Origin: Candidatus Multivoradales bacterium | GTDB lineage: Bacteria; Acidobacteriota; Thermoanaerobaculia; Multivoradales; Multivoraceae | Direction of reading: 5' to 3' | Assembly: GCA_965223325.1 (NCBI GenBank) | Contig: CBDCWI010000001.1 | Span: forward strand, 416,001-480,000 | Length of the DNA stretch: 64,000 bases | Shown: piece after piece, positions 61,062 to 64,000 of the stretch | Layout of the letters: the number at the start of each line of letters is the position of its first letter | How positions within the stretch are numbered: position 1 is the first letter of the stretch | Translations under genes and position numbers: made by a program | Notes under the pieces: model-generated | What the model saw: only the letters and a program-made list of their open reading frames with translations | What the model was told of the DNA's origin: nothing | The model's database searches: none

Positions 61062-62330
61062 ATGAAGACCCAATCCACCCACTCGTTCTCCGTCGCGCTG
61101 CTGGCAGCCGTTGTCGCAACGCTCCTGTTGGCCGGACCGGCCGTCGCCCAACCGGCAGAGGCCGAGACGACCGACGCGTCGGGCTTCATCTACGGCACGG
61201 TGACCACCGACAAGGGCAAGAAGTTCACCGGCACCCTGCGTTGGGATGACGAGGAGGCCTTCTGGGGCGATCTCTTCAACTCCGCCAAGCAGGACATGCC
61301 CTGGCTCGACCGCTACCAGGACCGGAAAAAGCGCGACGATGAGGGCCGACAGATCAACGTGCTCGGCCGCAAGATCAAGCTCAACTGGGGCCACCACTCG
61401 ACCGGCCGGCAGTTCGTGGCGCGCTTCGGCGACATCAGCCGCATCGAGGTTCTCGGCGGCGACGAGGCCAACCTCTTCATGCGCGACGGCACCAAGGTGC
61501 ACGTCGAGGGTTCCGCTAACGACGTCTCGGCTGATATCGCCGTCGATGACGACGCGCTCGGTGAAGTCGTCGTGCCCTGGCGTCACATCGACACGATCGC
61601 GTTCGCCGACACCCCACGCGACGTCAAGACGCGCGGCTTTCGCCTGCACGGCATCGTCGAGACCACCGAAGGCACCTTCACGGGCTTTGTTCAATGGGAC
61701 AGCGAAGAGTGCCTGTCCTACGACAAGCTCGACGGCGACGACGGCGACGTCGATCTGTCGATCGACATGGGCAAGATCAAATCGATCGAGCGCGCCTCAC
61801 GGCGAGCGTCTAAGGTCACCCTCTGGGATGGTCGATCGATGGAACTCTCGGGTAGCAACGATGTCGACGACGACATTCGCGGGATTCTGGTCGAAGACGA
61901 GCGCTTCGGCCGCATCGAAGTCGATTGGGACGCCTTCCGTAAAGTCACCTTCAGCGGTGCCGGTGCCAGTGGCCCGAGCTACGCGAGCTTCAACAACCGC
62001 GGCCCGCTCCAGGGAACCGTGCGCGACACCGAAGGCAACATCTACCGCGGTGAGATCATCTTCGACCTCGACGAGGCCTATCCCTGGGAGATGCTCGACG
62101 GCGACAACGACGACATCTCCTACACCATCCCCTTTGGAATGGTCACTTCGGTTACACCGCGCGGCAGCGATGGCGCAACCGTCGTGCTTCGAAGCGGTGA
62201 AGAGCTGGTGCTCGAGGACACTCAGGACGTCTCCGACCGCAACGACGGCATCGTTGTCCTGCTCTCTGGCGACGAGTCGGTTCACGTCGACTGGGATGAT
62301 CTGGAGATCGTGACCTTCGACCACCAGTAG
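61062..62330 (+). CDS. Secreted Asp-rich protein with three internal repeats
   Basis: Signal peptide; three G.V.(T/D)..G...(T/R)G...(W/F)D..E units; AAGG precedes ATG. Confidence 0.8.
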   Translation: MKTQSTHSFSVALLAAVVATLLLAGPAVAQPAEAETTDASGFIYGTVTTDKGKKFTGTLRWDDEEAFWGDLFNSAKQDMPWLDRYQDRKKRDDEGRQINVLGRKIKLNWGHHSTGRQFVARFGDISRIEVLGGDEANLFMRDGTKVHVEGSANDVSADIAVDDDALGEVVVPWRHIDTIAFADTPRDVKTRGFRLHGIVETTEGTFTGFVQWDSEECLSYDKLDGDDGDVDLSIDMGKIKSIERASRRASKVTLWDGRSMELSGSNDVDDDIRGILVEDERFGRIEVDWDAFRKVTFSGAGASGPSYASFNNRGPLQGTVRDTEGNIYRGEIIFDLDEAYPWEMLDGDNDDISYTIPFGMVTSVTPRGSDGATVVLRSGEELVLEDTQDVSDRNDGIVVLLSGDESVHVDWDDLEIVTFDHQ

Positions 62331-62394
62331 CCCCCGAGGAGTCATCGGCTGCGCCCGGGTCGGGGCCGCTTCGAATCCTCTGTATGCTGCGCCG

Positions 62395-64000
62395 ATGAAC
62401 GAGAAAAAGGGTACGGCGCGTCGAAAATTCTGGGGATGGGGATTCGAAGGACAGGGCTTCGGGCAAGAGGAGCGCACCGCGATGGCGGCGCGCATCGCCC
62501 AGCGCTACCAGACCGATGACCTCGACCCCGGGCCGCCCCCTCCCGAGGTCTCGGAGATAGAGCTGCGGGCGCCGCGCGTCGCCGCACCGACCTCACTGGC
62601 GAAGATCTCTACCGCCGAGCCCTACGAGCGTCTGCTCCATAGCTACGGCCGCTCCTTTCCCGACGCGGTGCGCGCCTTCCAGCGCCACTACCCGGAGCCG
62701 CCCGACATCGTCGCCTACCCAGAGAGCGAAGAGCACGTTGGCAACGTACTCGACTGGGCGAGCGACGCCAACGTCGCCGTGGTTCCTTTCGGTGGCGGCT
62801 CGAGTGTCTGCGGCGGTGTCGAGACTGCCGTCTCTGGCTCCTACGCGGGGGTGCTCTCACTCGATCTTACGAAGATGGACCGCGTTCTCGAGGTCGACCC
62901 AACGAGCCGCGCGGCGCGCATCCAGGGCGGTGCGCGTGGGCCGGTCTTCGAAGCCCAGCTCAAGGAGCACGGCTACAGCATGCGCCACTTTCCCCAGAGC
63001 TTCGAGATGGCGACGCTCGGCGGCATGATCGCGACACGCTCGGGCGGGCACTTCGCAACCCTCTACACTCACATCGACGACTTCGTGGAGTCACTACGCT
63101 GCGTGACCCCGGCGGGCATCCTCGAGACCAGGCGACTACCGGGTTCGGGGGCCGGGCCGAGCCCCGATCGACTGCTCATCGGCTCGGAAGGCATCCTCGG
63201 GGTGATCACCGAAGCCTGGATGCGGGTTCAGGATCGCCCCACCCATCGTGCCGCAGCCTCTGTGTTCTTTGGCGACTTCTACCAGGGCGCCGAGGCGGTG
63301 CGCGCTCTTTCGCAGGCCGGGCTCTACCCATCGAACTGCCGTCTCATCGACAGTCAGGAGGCACTCTCGACCGGTGCCGGTGACGGCTCGGCGTCGCTTC
63401 TGGTCCTCGCCTTCGAGTCGGCGGATCATCCGGTCGACGCATGGATGGCAAGGGCACTCGAACTGGCCCAGGACCATGGCGGCCGGTTGAGTGAACCGGA
63501 TGAAGACGGCCCGTCTCATCGCGCCGGAGCCGCCGGAAGCTGGCGCAACGCCTTTCTGAGCGCGCCCTACTGGCGCGAGGTGCTGGTGCCGATAGGGGTG
63601 ATCTCTGACACCTTCGAAACGTCGATTCCCTGGAATCGTTTTCCGGACTTCCATCGCACCGTCTCCCAGCGCATGAAGAAGGTCATCTCCGAAGTGACCG
63701 GTCGCCCGGCTTCGGTGACCTGCCGCTTCACTCACGCCTACCCCGACGGTCCGGCGCCCTACTTCACTTTCCAGGGCTTCGCTGGCTCACTCGATCGCGC
63801 CCTGGAGCAATGGCAGGAAATCAAGCTGGCGGCCAACCAGGTGGTCGTCGAAGAAGGTGGCACTGTCACCCACCACCATGCCGTCGGTCGCGACCACCGC
63901 CCGGAGGGCTACGACCAACAGCGCCCCGAGCTCTTTGCGAACGCTCTGCGGGCGAGCAAGGCGGTGCTCGATCGGAACGCCATTCTCAACCCCGGCGTTC
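62395..64000 (+). CDS. FAD-binding oxidoreductase (alkyl-DHAP synthase-like), truncated at the window end
   Basis: Read manually; absent from the ORF track because it has no stop in the window. KFWGWG, PFGGGSSVCGG, HFPQSFE.ATLGG, GSEG.LG.IT, THHHAVG and LNPG motifs. Confidence 0.9.
   Translation, partial: MNEKKGTARRKFWGWGFEGQGFGQEERTAMAARIAQRYQTDDLDPGPPPPEVSEIELRAPRVAAPTSLAKISTAEPYERLLHSYGRSFPDAVRAFQRHYPEPPDIVAYPESEEHVGNVLDWASDANVAVVPFGGGSSVCGGVETAVSGSYAGVLSLDLTKMDRVLEVDPTSRAARIQGGARGPVFEAQLKEHGYSMRHFPQSFEMATLGGMIATRSGGHFATLYTHIDDFVESLRCVTPAGILETRRLPGSGAGPSPDRLLIGSEGILGVITEAWMRVQDRPTHRAAASVFFGDFYQGAEAVRALSQAGLYPSNCRLIDSQEALSTGAGDGSASLLVLAFESADHPVDAWMARALELAQDHGGRLSEPDEDGPSHRAGAAGSWRNAFLSAPYWREVLVPIGVISDTFETSIPWNRFPDFHRTVSQRMKKVISEVTGRPASVTCRFTHAYPDGPAPYFTFQGFAGSLDRALEQWQEIKLAANQVVVEEGGTVTHHHAVGRDHRPEGYDQQRPELFANALRASKAVLDRNAILNPGV

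Overview
GC-rich bacterial chromosomal window with about 45 genes. The host is probably an Acidobacteriota member (Thermoanaerobaculia-like); this is inferred from acidobacterial VWA proteins, an ADOP permease, a DUF1549/DUF1501 pair and an 'FxDxFES' C-terminal motif. Content: many secreted hydrolases (M14, M2 and S9 peptidases, esterases, amidohydrolases, PI-PLC-like), a PQQ dehydrogenase with an MFS transporter, a xylose operon (Gfo/Idh/MocA, TIM barrel, xylA, eukaryote-like xylB), a HipBST-type toxin-antitoxin module, FabH-like and FemAB-like genes before clpS-clpA, an ECF sigma/anti-sigma/secreted repeat-protein module, and an 11-repeat IPTL-CTERM surface protein. No rRNA, tRNA, CRISPR or transposase was seen. 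The most unusual signals are non-coding. (1) Two tandem arrays of long, hairpin-rich units (248 bp at 1-560; about 360 bp at 5522-6923) are diverged homologues in opposite orientation and end at the same motif. (2) About ten genes have a -10 hexamer 6-8 nt before the start codon, suggesting leaderless mRNAs, including a 25-bp bidirectional promoter. (3) Three HipB-operator-like palindromes are spaced exactly 72 bp apart. All family calls come from manual motif recognition; no database searches were run.
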